Positions 9,564 through 19,875 of a DNA stretch of 46,892 nt are shown here, piece after piece (the first letter of the stretch is position 1; every line of letters begins with the position of its first letter). The stretch covers positions 1 to 46,892 of the forward strand of contig JAAPAA010000268.1 in NCBI GenBank assembly GCA_012274165.1. The letters are read 5' to 3'. The position numbers and the translations under genes were made by a program. This DNA comes from Thiobacillaceae bacterium (lineage in GTDB: Bacteria; Pseudomonadota; Gammaproteobacteria; Burkholderiales; Thiobacillaceae). The notes beneath the pieces are model-generated. The model was given only the letters and a program-made list of their open reading frames with translations. It did not search any database and was not told the DNA's origin.

Positions 9564-10795
9564 TCCTCTGAAAACAGGCGGCCCATTTCGAGGCAGTCGC
9601 ACAACGTGCGATAGACCTGCTGCAGGTGCGCGCTCGAAGAGTCATTGCCGAGCGCCCGCAGGATGCGGCGGGCGAGCGGGCCCTGCTCCAGCATCACGCG
9701 CAAGGTCTCGGCCCAGAAGGTGGAGCGGTTCAGGCCTGTCCGGGTCATGAGGTGCCGCCACAGTTCGCCCGCCCGGTATTGCCGATCGGACAAGCCGAGC
9801 AGATGCAGATAGCCGGCGTCGTCGATCACCGCCTGATCGGCGTCGCGGATGCAGGCGTGCAGGATCTTCGCCAGGCTATCCGTGCTGATCGCTTGCTGCA
9901 TGGCGAGCGACGACCATTTGTCATCGTAGAGCGCACGGATGACGGCCGTGGCGGCGGCGGCAATGGCGAGGTCGGCTCGTGGACATTCCTGCGTGTCGAT
10001 CACCCGGATCTCGATGGCGTTGCGGTCAAAGCGCGGGATCGCGCCGCGCGCGTTGAGCCATTCGTGTTGCAACACGCCGTCTGGATCGAGCGGCGCGATG
10101 TCGCGGTACATCGGTTCCAATACTTGCGCCTCGTATTCGGCATGGCTGTTGGTCGTGTCCGGGATCACCCGGCCGATCACCGAAGGGACGCGCTTGACGG
10201 CGGTGCGGTAGGCCTCCATCCGGGTGTCCAACAAGCCGCTGGGTTGGCCGTCGGCGATAGGCGAGCTCGCAGCGATGGCGGGCAGGATGGGCAGTACCAG
10301 CCGCACCGCTGCGTGCAAGCGGGCGAATTCCGTGTCACTGGCGAAGGGCAGGTTGACGTGCATGCTTTGCAGGTTGGCCTGGCCGTGTTGGTGGCAGCCG
10401 AAAATGCGGTCGTAAGCCTGATAGAGAGGGGCCTGGTCGTGGGGCCACAGGCGAGTTTCAACAGCGGGGTTCATCCACGGGTGCATGGCGCTGGGCATGA
10501 GGCGGGCGCTTATGGGGTCAAGCAGTCGGTTGATGGCATTGACCTCGGCCTGGAAGCCTGCGGCGAGGGGTTCGAGCGCGGGATCGGGACGGGCGTTCTT
10601 GATCTCGACCAGATGCAGCACGATCTCGTTTGACCAGCCGAAGCGACCGCGATCCACGTCCGTCTGCGGCTTGCCCGATGCCGCCTGCAGCAGGGCGTCG
10701 GCAAGTGGCATGACCGCAAGCGTGTGCCGGTCGACGATCATGTATTCCAGCTCGATGCCGTAGCCCGCAAAGGCGTGGAGTGCGGGGACACCCAT
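9560..10795 (-). CDS. Glutamate-cysteine ligase family 2 (GCS2) / carboxylate-amine ligase
   Basis: YGIELEYMIVD, WSNEIVLHLVEIK, SAMHPWM, NLQSMHVNLPF, ASSP, NARGAIPRFDRNAIEIRVIDTQE. Confidence 0.9.
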   Translation of the reverse strand: MGVPALHAFAGYGIELEYMIVDRHTLAVMPLADALLQAASGKPQTDVDRGRFGWSNEIVLHLVEIKNARPDPALEPLAAGFQAEVNAINRLLDPISARLMPSAMHPWMNPAVETRLWPHDQAPLYQAYDRIFGCHQHGQANLQSMHVNLPFASDTEFARLHAAVRLVLPILPAIAASSPIADGQPSGLLDTRMEAYRTAVKRVPSVIGRVIPDTTNSHAEYEAQVLEPMYRDIAPLDPDGVLQHEWLNARGAIPRFDRNAIEIRVIDTQECPRADLAIAAAATAVIRALYDDKWSSLAMQQAISTDSLAKILHACIRDADQAVIDDAGYLHLLGLSDRQYRAGELWRHLMTRTGLNRSTFWAETLRVMLEQGPLARRILRALGNDSSSAHLQQVYRTLCDCLEMGRLFSEE

Positions 10796-12264
10796 CAGAC
10801 GCTCCTCAGCTTGCGCGCCTCGATGCGGCGCACGAACGAACCCATGATCTCGCGGTAGAGGGCGTCCTTCAGCACCCCGTCCTCGTTGCCGGCGTCGATG
10901 TTGGGATTGTCGTTGACCTCGATGATGTAGCAGCGGTTACCGACCTGTTTGATATCCACGCCGTAGAGGCCATCGCCGATCAGGTTGGCGGCCTTGAGGG
11001 CGATCTTCACCACGTCTTGCGGCGCTTCGGCCACCGCCACTGCCTGCACCGGACCTTCTTCGTAGCCGGTGCGCCCGTGTTCGCGCTTGACGATCTGCCA
11101 GTGTCCGGCGGCCATGAAGTACTTGCAGACAAACAGCGGCCTGCGGTCGAGGATGCCGACGCGCCAGTCGAACTCGGTCGGCAGGTATTCCTGCGCGACG
11201 ATCAGCTCGGATTTCTGCAGCAGGGCGTCCACCTTCGCGTGCAGTTCCTGCTCCGATTCCACCTTGGTCACGCCGAGCGAGAACGAGCTGTCCGGCTGCT
11301 TGAGTATGCACGGCAGACCGAGGCTGGAAATGATCTGGTCGACGTTGTCGCGGTGCACCATCAGCGTTCGCGGGGCGCGAATGCTGTGGCGGGCAAGCAG
11401 TTCGGCAAGGTAGACCTTATTGTTGCAGCGCAGGATCGAGTCGGGGTCGTCGATCACCACTAGTCCTTCCGCAGTGGCCCGGCGCGAGAAGCGATAGGTG
11501 TAGTGGTTGGCAAAAGTGGTGTCGCGGATGAACAGCGCGTCGAACTCGGGCAGCCGCGCCAGGTCGGCGCGGGTGATTCGCTCAACATCAAGGCCCACTT
11601 CCGCTGCCGCCTTCTCGAAGTGCTGCAGGGCACGGGGGTTGGATGGCTGCTCCGGATTGTCGGGATCATGCAGGATGGCGAGATCGAAACGCGGTGCAGG
11701 GCGCTTGTGCGTGCGCCGCCGGTGGCCCATGAAATACGCGTTGGCGGCCTCCACCACGAAATCCTGATGCGGTGGCGGGATGTCGCTGGCGGCAATGGCG
11801 CGCACGCTGCGCAGCTGCCAATGGTCGCGATGCCGCTCGAAATGGGCGCGCAACAGGGGCGCCTGCAGCAGGCTGAACAGCTGATGACTGAGCGCGCCGT
11901 GGCGGCTTGCCATGTTGCGACCGAAGTAGATGCTGAGCTCGAATGTATCCGACCTGATCGGTGCGAGTGATTTTTGCACCAGGTCATCCAGACCCTCGGT
12001 CAGCAGCCGCACCAGGTTTTGCGATTGCAGGTCTTCCATGGTGCTGACGCGGGGCAGCGGCTTGTGGCTGCGCGCCTCGGCCAGCAGCGAGACGTAGTAG
12101 CCCAGACTCTGGTAGCGATAGGACTTGCACAGGTTGAACACCTTGACCGAGCGACCCTCGCCATAGGCAGGATCGGTCAGGTAGGTGCGAGCCGCGACGA
12201 CGCTGACGTCGGGAATGTCGAGCGGCCAGTCGCGTGGGTTGTCGACGACGATGAGGATGCTCAT
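10795..12264 (-). CDS. RimK-family ATP-grasp ligase with RLAN-type N-terminal domain
   Basis: N-terminal VFNLCKSYRYQSLGYYVSLLAEAR; ATP-grasp LFIRDTT, CNNKVYLAE, LKQPDSSFS, QEYLPTEFDWRVG, LYGVDIK, IEVNDNPN. Confidence 0.9.
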   Translation of the reverse strand: MSILIVVDNPRDWPLDIPDVSVVAARTYLTDPAYGEGRSVKVFNLCKSYRYQSLGYYVSLLAEARSHKPLPRVSTMEDLQSQNLVRLLTEGLDDLVQKSLAPIRSDTFELSIYFGRNMASRHGALSHQLFSLLQAPLLRAHFERHRDHWQLRSVRAIAASDIPPPHQDFVVEAANAYFMGHRRRTHKRPAPRFDLAILHDPDNPEQPSNPRALQHFEKAAAEVGLDVERITRADLARLPEFDALFIRDTTFANHYTYRFSRRATAEGLVVIDDPDSILRCNNKVYLAELLARHSIRAPRTLMVHRDNVDQIISSLGLPCILKQPDSSFSLGVTKVESEQELHAKVDALLQKSELIVAQEYLPTEFDWRVGILDRRPLFVCKYFMAAGHWQIVKREHGRTGYEEGPVQAVAVAEAPQDVVKIALKAANLIGDGLYGVDIKQVGNRCYIIEVNDNPNIDAGNEDGVLKDALYREIMGSFVRRIEARKLRSV

Positions 12265-12995
12265 GGCCCGTCCCCGGGCGCCGCCTGAGGGGGGTAGACC
12301 AGCAGCAAATTGGCGTCATGGGTCACGATGCCGAGCAGGATCGAGCCCAGTACGCGATCGATGTTGATCCAGTATTCGTGCGACGGGCCATGAGGGTGCA
12401 AGTCGTAGGGGTCGACCACCAGCACACTGTGCTTCTTGCGGTCATAGCCCGCGATCACGACGAAGTGTCCGGATGGCAGGCCACGTATGTCGTCCGGTTC
12501 GTCGTTGGGCCCGAATTCACGCACCGCGCGATACAGATAGGTCGAGTTCAGCCCGGTGACGATGGGCAGGTTGCGGCGCAGCAGACGGCGCAGCAGGGGG
12601 CGTGTGAGATCGGTCAGGCGCAGTTGACCGCCCAGGTGGAGGAATTCCAGATAGCCTTCGGTGACGTGCTGCAGCCGGGCATCGTTTTTTTTGACCTCGC
12701 GCTGACGCTGCAGGCGCTCGGCAATATCCACGCCCGGCGCAAACCAGGTGGGATCGAACACCATCAGGTTGTAAGTGTAGATGGTGGCCTGGTAGCCGTG
12801 ACGCAGGGCATCGCAGGCCAGAAAGATCGCGAAGGTGCCGCCGTGTTCCAGCTTGTGGGTGCGCTCGATCACCTCCGCCAGGTGCGCGTCCTCGCCCCAG
12901 TAGGTGTAAAGCGCGTGAAGGCAGGTCGGGCCGCAGGTCGTCTCGTCCGGTTGCGGCAACATCATGACGGGTAAACGCAAGACGCTCGGATGCAT
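12261..12995 (-). CDS. Peptidase C39-like (papain-fold) protein
   Basis: QPDETTCGPTCL (oxyanion Gln, catalytic Cys), GHFVVIAGYD (His), VVDP (Asp). ATGA overlap with the RimK gene. Confidence 0.85.
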   Translation of the reverse strand: MHPSVLRLPVMMLPQPDETTCGPTCLHALYTYWGEDAHLAEVIERTHKLEHGGTFAIFLACDALRHGYQATIYTYNLMVFDPTWFAPGVDIAERLQRQREVKKNDARLQHVTEGYLEFLHLGGQLRLTDLTRPLLRRLLRRNLPIVTGLNSTYLYRAVREFGPNDEPDDIRGLPSGHFVVIAGYDRKKHSVLVVDPYDLHPHGPSHEYWINIDRVLGSILLGIVTHDANLLLVYPPQAAPGDGP

Positions 12996-13123
12996 GAAAG
13001 CAGACCCCCCTAAATGATTCTTATGCTGGTTTTACCCATTGCGACACCGCGATCAGTCCGGTTCGGGACAGAGCGACCCGAGCCAGCCTGAAGCGCTGCC
13101 TGACGGGTGGCCGGATTGCCGGC

Positions 13124-13618
13124 CTAGCGTTCCCACATCACGCGCAGCAGGTTTTCCTGCTCGTTGTAGTGATATTCCAGGGCGCCCTGATAGGCGTGAT
13201 GCAGCGCTTCCCCAATACCGCGAGCGAGATGGATGTCGGTCGTGGTGATCTGGATGCCGTTTTCCTGGTTCTCGATCTTGATGATCCGCTTCAGGGGGTG
13301 CTCGGACTTGGCGCGTGCTTCCTCGTTCCGCGCCAGATGCAGCAGTTCCGCGCTGTGATCATTGAAGAACGAACCGCTTATGCTCACGAAGCCAGCCGGG
13401 AAGTCGTCACGAATACGATGACAGGCCGGACACATTTCCTCGTGTGCCTGCGCAGGTTTCGACAGCCATTGCCAGCGCCCTTCGTGAAACACCGCGCCGC
13501 ACTGCGGGCAAACCGTGGGTTCCTGCAGTTTGTGCTTGGCCTGGTAGGTGTCGTGCCGATTTTCCTCAATCAGGCGGTCATGACGAACGGGGTGAAATCC
13601 AGCAAAACGGGTTTTCAT
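13124..13618 (-). CDS. BCAM0308-family protein (copy 2)
   Basis: From ATG 13618 it is 164 aa, the same length as 1212..1706; 128/164 identical by manual alignment; similar AGGTGC RBS context. Confidence 0.85.
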   Translation of the reverse strand: MKTRFAGFHPVRHDRLIEENRHDTYQAKHKLQEPTVCPQCGAVFHEGRWQWLSKPAQAHEEMCPACHRIRDDFPAGFVSISGSFFNDHSAELLHLARNEEARAKSEHPLKRIIKIENQENGIQITTTDIHLARGIGEALHHAYQGALEYHYNEQENLLRVMWER

Positions 13619-13664
13619 TTTTCGCACCTTATGAATGACAACAATGACAACAAATCTGGTTTGG

Positions 13665-14558
13665 CTATATCCATTCTTTTTCCGCGACAGGTCGCTGTTC
13701 TCCCCAGAGTGCACCAGGCGGCAGGTCGAGCAGGGTATAGGCGCCTGCCTTCGGGAATGGCAATGATCGTGCGGCGACAAGCATCATCCGCGCTGCCAGT
13801 CCTGCCTCGTCGTAACGGGCTTCCAGCAACGAGGAGGCGTGGCTGGCCTCTGCCGGTGCGGTGCGGCGTTCCAGCGTCACGCCATGGGTGGTTTCTTCCA
13901 GCGCGGCAATGCTGGGAACGGCAAATACCTGCGTCTGTTCATCGAGAAAGAGGGGGTCATTGACGATGGCATCTTCCACTGCGGCAGCGTTTGCCGAGGG
14001 TTCCAGTTCGACATAGACGTAACGCTGGAGCACTCCGCCCACGGCTGTGCATTCGGTCGCCAGCGCTTTGCGGACGCCCTGGATTCCAGTCGCGGCCAGG
14101 GTGTGGTGAAGGCTGGTCCCGGTATGCAAGCTGGTTTCCGTATGTCCGCGGGGCGCCAGCAGCGCGAACTGGCTGCGAAAGAGGGAAAGGGCGCCGGGGT
14201 CGCATCCTGCGCCAACAATGGCCGGCACCTTGTGCGCAGCGCGGCCCGATGGATATCCGACTTGTGTTCGAGGAAGGGCTCGCCATGAAAACGTGCGCAT
14301 TCCACGATGGGAATACGGCCTTGCAGCAGGCCTTGGGCAATCCCCATGACCTCGGGCCGGAACGCAGATGAGCGCGGCATCCACTTCTTTCAACTCGCTG
14401 ATATGGGTTACGGCCGGGGCTTTCAACCAGGGTTCGGGTGAACTGTCGATGCGCCGCACCACGCGGGCGAGCACTGTCGCCGGATCGGATGCGATGGCCT
14501 CAACGCATTTGCGTCCCCCGTTCCCCAGACCGATGATGGCAAGCCGTGTTTTTTTCAT
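13665..14558 (-). pseudogene. ddh: meso-diaminopimelate D-dehydrogenase-like gene with two frameshifts that restore the frame
   Basis: Rossmann GLGNGG, DAALICVP, GAG(C)DPG, RYVYVELEP, HGVTLER. The family-like segment EVMGIAQGLLQGRIPIVECARFHG...AALR lies in another frame between ~14354 and ~14235. Confidence 0.7.
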
Positions 14559-14646
14559 GTTGTCACACCAGCACCCTGGACAGAATCAGTTTCTAAAGTT
14601 GCTTCTCACTTCTTCATACTAGGATGCGCGACAACAGATGAAGGGT

Positions 14647-15159
14647 TCATCGGGGTGTTTTTCCCAATAGCCTGACCGTTTCACGCATGAAGGCGGGCAG
14701 ATCGGAGGGCTGCCTGGAGGTGACCAGCTTGTCGTCCGCCACCACCTCCGTGTCTTCGTACAGCGCACCTGAGTTTTGCAGTTCCTCGGCAACCGAGTGG
14801 TAGCAGGTGGCGCGCCGCCCCTGCAGAACGCCAGCCGAGATCAAAATCTGCGGTCCGTGGCAGATGGCGGCGACAGGTTTGTTGCGACGCATGAAATCCT
14901 GCGCGATCGCGATGACGGCCGGCTCCTTGCGCAGTTTCGTAGGGGCCTTGCCGCCGGGGAGAACGAGAAGGTCGTAGTTAGTCGGGTCGACATCCCGCAG
15001 TGCTATGTCCACCGCAACCTCGTAGCCGTGCTTGCCGTTTATTTTCCCCCTGGCAATGGAAGCGACGTACACCTCCATGCCTTCCTCCTGCAGCCGGTAA
15101 AAGGGAAACAGGAGTTCGGAATCCTCGAAATGATCCGCGCTGATAATCAGGGCTCTCAT
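14647..15159 (-). CDS. PfpI/DJ-1-family (class I glutamine amidotransferase-like) protein
   Basis: FEDSEL, LVLPGG, AAICHGPQIL (catalytic Cys), LVTSRQPSDLPAF. Start at ATG 15159 after GGAG. Confidence 0.9.
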   Translation of the reverse strand: MRALIISADHFEDSELLFPFYRLQEEGMEVYVASIARGKINGKHGYEVAVDIALRDVDPTNYDLLVLPGGKAPTKLRKEPAVIAIAQDFMRRNKPVAAICHGPQILISAGVLQGRRATCYHSVAEELQNSGALYEDTEVVADDKLVTSRQPSDLPAFMRETVRLLGKTPR

Positions 15160-15187
15160 GGCAACTCCAGGTCTGGCAGCCGGTGGG

Positions 15188-15349
15188 CTAGGCTTGATGC
15201 TCCAGCGCAATGCCAGCCAGTTCAATGACAACGCCCAGCGCAAGCACGATCAGGCCGGCCCATATTGCGGGTGCCATGAACATCAGCACGCCGCCCAGCA
15301 CCACCAGAACCCCCGCCAGAACGCGCCTCGAACGCTGTTTTCTCAACAT
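15188..15349 (-). CDS. Small two-TM membrane protein (53 aa; below the ORF-track cut-off)
   Basis: Read manually: MLRKQRSRRVLAGVLVVLGGVLMFMAPAIWAGLIVLALGVVIELAGIALEHQA*. GAGG RBS; fills the gap between co-oriented genes. Confidence 0.7.
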   Translation of the reverse strand: MLRKQRSRRVLAGVLVVLGGVLMFMAPAIWAGLIVLALGVVIELAGIALEHQA

Positions 15350-15376
15350 GATGAATGTTCCTCTGAGATGGGCCGG

Positions 15377-15877
15377 TTACTCATAACGCAGAAATTCTTC
15401 CGCGAGGCTGTCGGCGCCAAACTGTTCGATCAACGCGTCGATCTCCGGCAACAGGGTGTCGTCCTCGTCCTCCTCCAGCACGCCGTCGCCGACCAGGCTT
15501 GCGCCCAGGCCGGCCAGGAGGGCGTCCCTGATCGCGGCCAGCGTAGGGGGATTTTCACGGTTGTCGTCGTTGACCACCGCCTCGATCACGCGCGAGAGCG
15601 GTTCGCTGGCGCTGGCCTGCACAAAATCGATGGCAAGGGCGGTGGCGCCGAATTCCTCGATGAGGGCATCCAGTTCATCCAGGGGCGATTCACTGACATC
15701 AAAGTGATGCAGTTGCTCGGCCTCCTTGAAGTCCTCGGGTAACAGGTCGGCGAGAAAGCGGTGCACCGCCATGAGGCTGATGGGTTGCTCGCACGCCGGA
15801 TTGTTGACCCGGCTGCGCAGCAGTGCCGATAGGCGCGGACTGACACGGCTGGCAATATCGATGGGATTTCGCGTCAT
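15377..15877 (-). CDS. Acidic hypothetical protein with a two-fold internal repeat
   Basis: AAAGGA RBS; repeated motif LDELDALIEEFGATALAIDFV / LPEIDALIEQFGADSLAEEFL. Confidence 0.75.
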   Translation of the reverse strand: MTRNPIDIASRVSPRLSALLRSRVNNPACEQPISLMAVHRFLADLLPEDFKEAEQLHHFDVSESPLDELDALIEEFGATALAIDFVQASASEPLSRVIEAVVNDDNRENPPTLAAIRDALLAGLGASLVGDGVLEEDEDDTLLPEIDALIEQFGADSLAEEFLRYE

Positions 15878-16195
15878 GGTCTTTCCTTTTTGTCCGATGC
15901 CGCATGGTCAAACTCAACTCTTGAATATCACTTTCAATATATAGCAGATGGACTTTCGGCCTGTCGTCCGGACCGAACAGCCGGTCCGTTCGCGTGGCTC
16001 GCTTAATCAAGTGCGGCATCAAGCAGATATGCATCTGTTTCAATTCCATGCACTAAATTAAAAGTAAGGGATGAACTTCATCAAGAGCGCAGGCAGACGC
16101 AATGTGGCATGGCGCGTCTGTATTAAGGGTTCAATCAAGTAGTGGCATTGACCGGCATTGACCGGTAAATGACAACCTGAACGGAAGGACACAAG

Positions 16196-16744
16196 ATGAA
16201 AACACCCCTGCAAATCACGTTTCGCGACATCGAACATTCCGACGTGCTGGAAGCGCATATCCGCGACAAGGCAGAAAAACTGGAGACTTTCTTTGAGCCG
16301 ATCATGTCCTGCCGGGTGGTGGTGGAAATGCCGCACCAGCACAAGCAACAGGGCAAGTTCTTCAACGCGCGCATCGACATCGGCGTGCCGGGAAGCGAAA
16401 TCGTGGTGAACCGCGACCAGCACGAAGATGTGTATGTCGCGTTGCGCGACGCTTTCGATGCAGCCAGGCGCCAGCTTGATGATTATTCCCGGCTGTTGCG
16501 CCGCGAGACCAAGATCCACGATACGGAATACGTCGGTGAAGTGGTGCGGCTGTTTCCCGATGAGGGCTATGGCTTTATCCTGCGAGCCGACGGCGACGAA
16601 CTGTATTTCAATGCCGACAATCTGGTGAACACCACGCTCAAACAGCTCAATGAGGGCGATGCCGTGCAGTTCATCGAGGATCTGTCCGCTGACAGGCCGC
16701 AGCCCAAACGCGTGAGCATTGGCCATCACCATCTGCAGGAGTAG
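16196..16744 (+). CDS. HPF/RaiA ribosome-associated protein fused to a cold-shock (OB-fold) domain
   Basis: LQITFRDIEHSDVLEAHI...HEDVYVALRDAFDAARRQL, followed by GEVVRLFPDEGYGFI...DELYF. Confidence 0.9.
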   Translation: MKTPLQITFRDIEHSDVLEAHIRDKAEKLETFFEPIMSCRVVVEMPHQHKQQGKFFNARIDIGVPGSEIVVNRDQHEDVYVALRDAFDAARRQLDDYSRLLRRETKIHDTEYVGEVVRLFPDEGYGFILRADGDELYFNADNLVNTTLKQLNEGDAVQFIEDLSADRPQPKRVSIGHHHLQE

Positions 16745-16863
16745 GCTGGCCCACGCGAACGCCCGTCGCGGCACCCATTCATTCATTCGCCATGCGCAAT
16801 TTCACTCATGGCTGATATCGGCTGGGCATGAAGTCGCCGATCAGAGCCAGGGGCAGCATGGCT

Positions 16864-18585
<1,722 letters not shown>

Positions 18586-18738
18586 GAGCGTAATGACAGA
18601 TGGGGGACGAGACGATGATTCCAGCCTCTTGCTTGAACCATAGCCGACGCCCGGGATGGAACAGCGATTGCGCCTCTTTGACGCGGTGGAATGGACGAAC
18701 GGATAGCCTATGCTTCAGACAGCAAAAAGGAGGCGGTC

Positions 18739-19185
18739 ATGTTCAAGCACCTGCTCGTACCCATCGATGGCAGCGAGTTATCCCAGACAGCCCTGAAACA
18801 GGCCTGTTCTTTTGCCCGGGAGACCGGCGCCCGGCTGACGGTCTATCACGCAAAATCCGCTTACTTGCCCTACGGAATGGCCACCGAGGGGATGTTTGAC
18901 TTTGCCGTGGCCAGCGAGGCATATCGCATTGCGATGGACAAGCGGGTCGAGTCGATCCTGAACAACGCGAAACAAACGGCGGCCGAGGCGGGGGTGGCAT
19001 GTGAAGCCGTCAGCACCGAATGCGAAGAACCCCATGAAGGCATCATCGCGATGGCGCAAAGTCGCGGCTGCGACCTCATCTTCATGGCGTCGCATGGCCG
19101 TCGCGGGGCGCGCGCCTTGATGCTGGGTTCCGAAACGCAGAAGGTCCTGACGCACTGCAAAATCCCGGTGCTGGTGTGTCGTTGA
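18739..19185 (+). CDS. Universal stress protein (UspA family)
   Basis: AGGAGG RBS; MFKHLLVPIDGSELS, CDLIFMASHGRRG, LGSETQKVLTHCKIPVLV. Confidence 0.93.
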   Translation: MFKHLLVPIDGSELSQTALKQACSFARETGARLTVYHAKSAYLPYGMATEGMFDFAVASEAYRIAMDKRVESILNNAKQTAAEAGVACEAVSTECEEPHEGIIAMAQSRGCDLIFMASHGRRGARALMLGSETQKVLTHCKIPVLVCR

Positions 19186-19218
19186 GTTGAAATACGCTTT
19201 TTAGGTGGTGTTGAAATC

Positions 19219-19812
19219 ATGCACGCCCATACAAGACGCCTGTTTCTGGTGTGGATTGTGCTGGTGGCCTTGTCAGCCATCCCGGCTACGGCTTCAGGGA
19301 ACGGATCGCCCCACCACCCAAAGGAGAACGCTGCCATGAGTTTGACCCTCAGTTCGGCCTCTTTCCCGCACAACAGCGTGATTCCCTTCCGTCATACCTG
19401 CGATGGCCAGGATCGTTCGCCGCCGCTTGCCTGGACCGGCGTGCCTGCCAATACAAAAAGCCTGGTCCTGATCGTCGACGACCCGGACGCGCCGGATCCC
19501 GCCGCGCCCAAGATGACCTGGGTGCACTGGCTGCTCTACAACCTTCCGCCTGAAGCGACTGGTTTGCCCGAGGGCGTTGCGAACACGGATCTGCCGGCGG
19601 GCACCCGGCAGGGCGTGAACGACTGGCAGCGCACCGGTTATGGCGGACCGTGCCCGCCCATCGGCCAGCATCGCTATGTCCACAAGCTGTTTGCGCTGGA
19701 TGTGTTTCTGCCAGACCTGAAGCAGCCCGCCAAGGCCGCGCTGGAAAAGGCGATGCAGGGCCACATCCTGGCGCATGCCGAACTGGTCGGGGTGTACCAG
19801 CGGCCGCGCTAA
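19219..19812 (+). CDS. YbhB/YbcL-family (PEBP/RKIP-like) protein; alternative start at 19336
   Basis: TCDGQDRSPPLAW, LIVDDPDAP, TWVHWLLYN, YGGPCPPIGQHRY. The upstream extension looks like a signal peptide. Confidence 0.88.
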   Translation: MHAHTRRLFLVWIVLVALSAIPATASGNGSPHHPKENAAMSLTLSSASFPHNSVIPFRHTCDGQDRSPPLAWTGVPANTKSLVLIVDDPDAPDPAAPKMTWVHWLLYNLPPEATGLPEGVANTDLPAGTRQGVNDWQRTGYGGPCPPIGQHRYVHKLFALDVFLPDLKQPAKAALEKAMQGHILAHAELVGVYQRPR

Positions 19813-19875
19813 TGTTCCGGCCCTGCGAGGGGTAAGGTTTGGTCATTCCGGCGGACCGGAATGCAGCCTGGGGGA

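Noticed and set aside
15921-16084. Further operator-like palindromes (TTGAA-N7-TTCAA at 15921, ATGAA-N4-ATCAA at 16071)
   Set aside because: Wrong spacing or too many mismatches for an FNR box; plausible by chance in AT-rich intergenic DNA.
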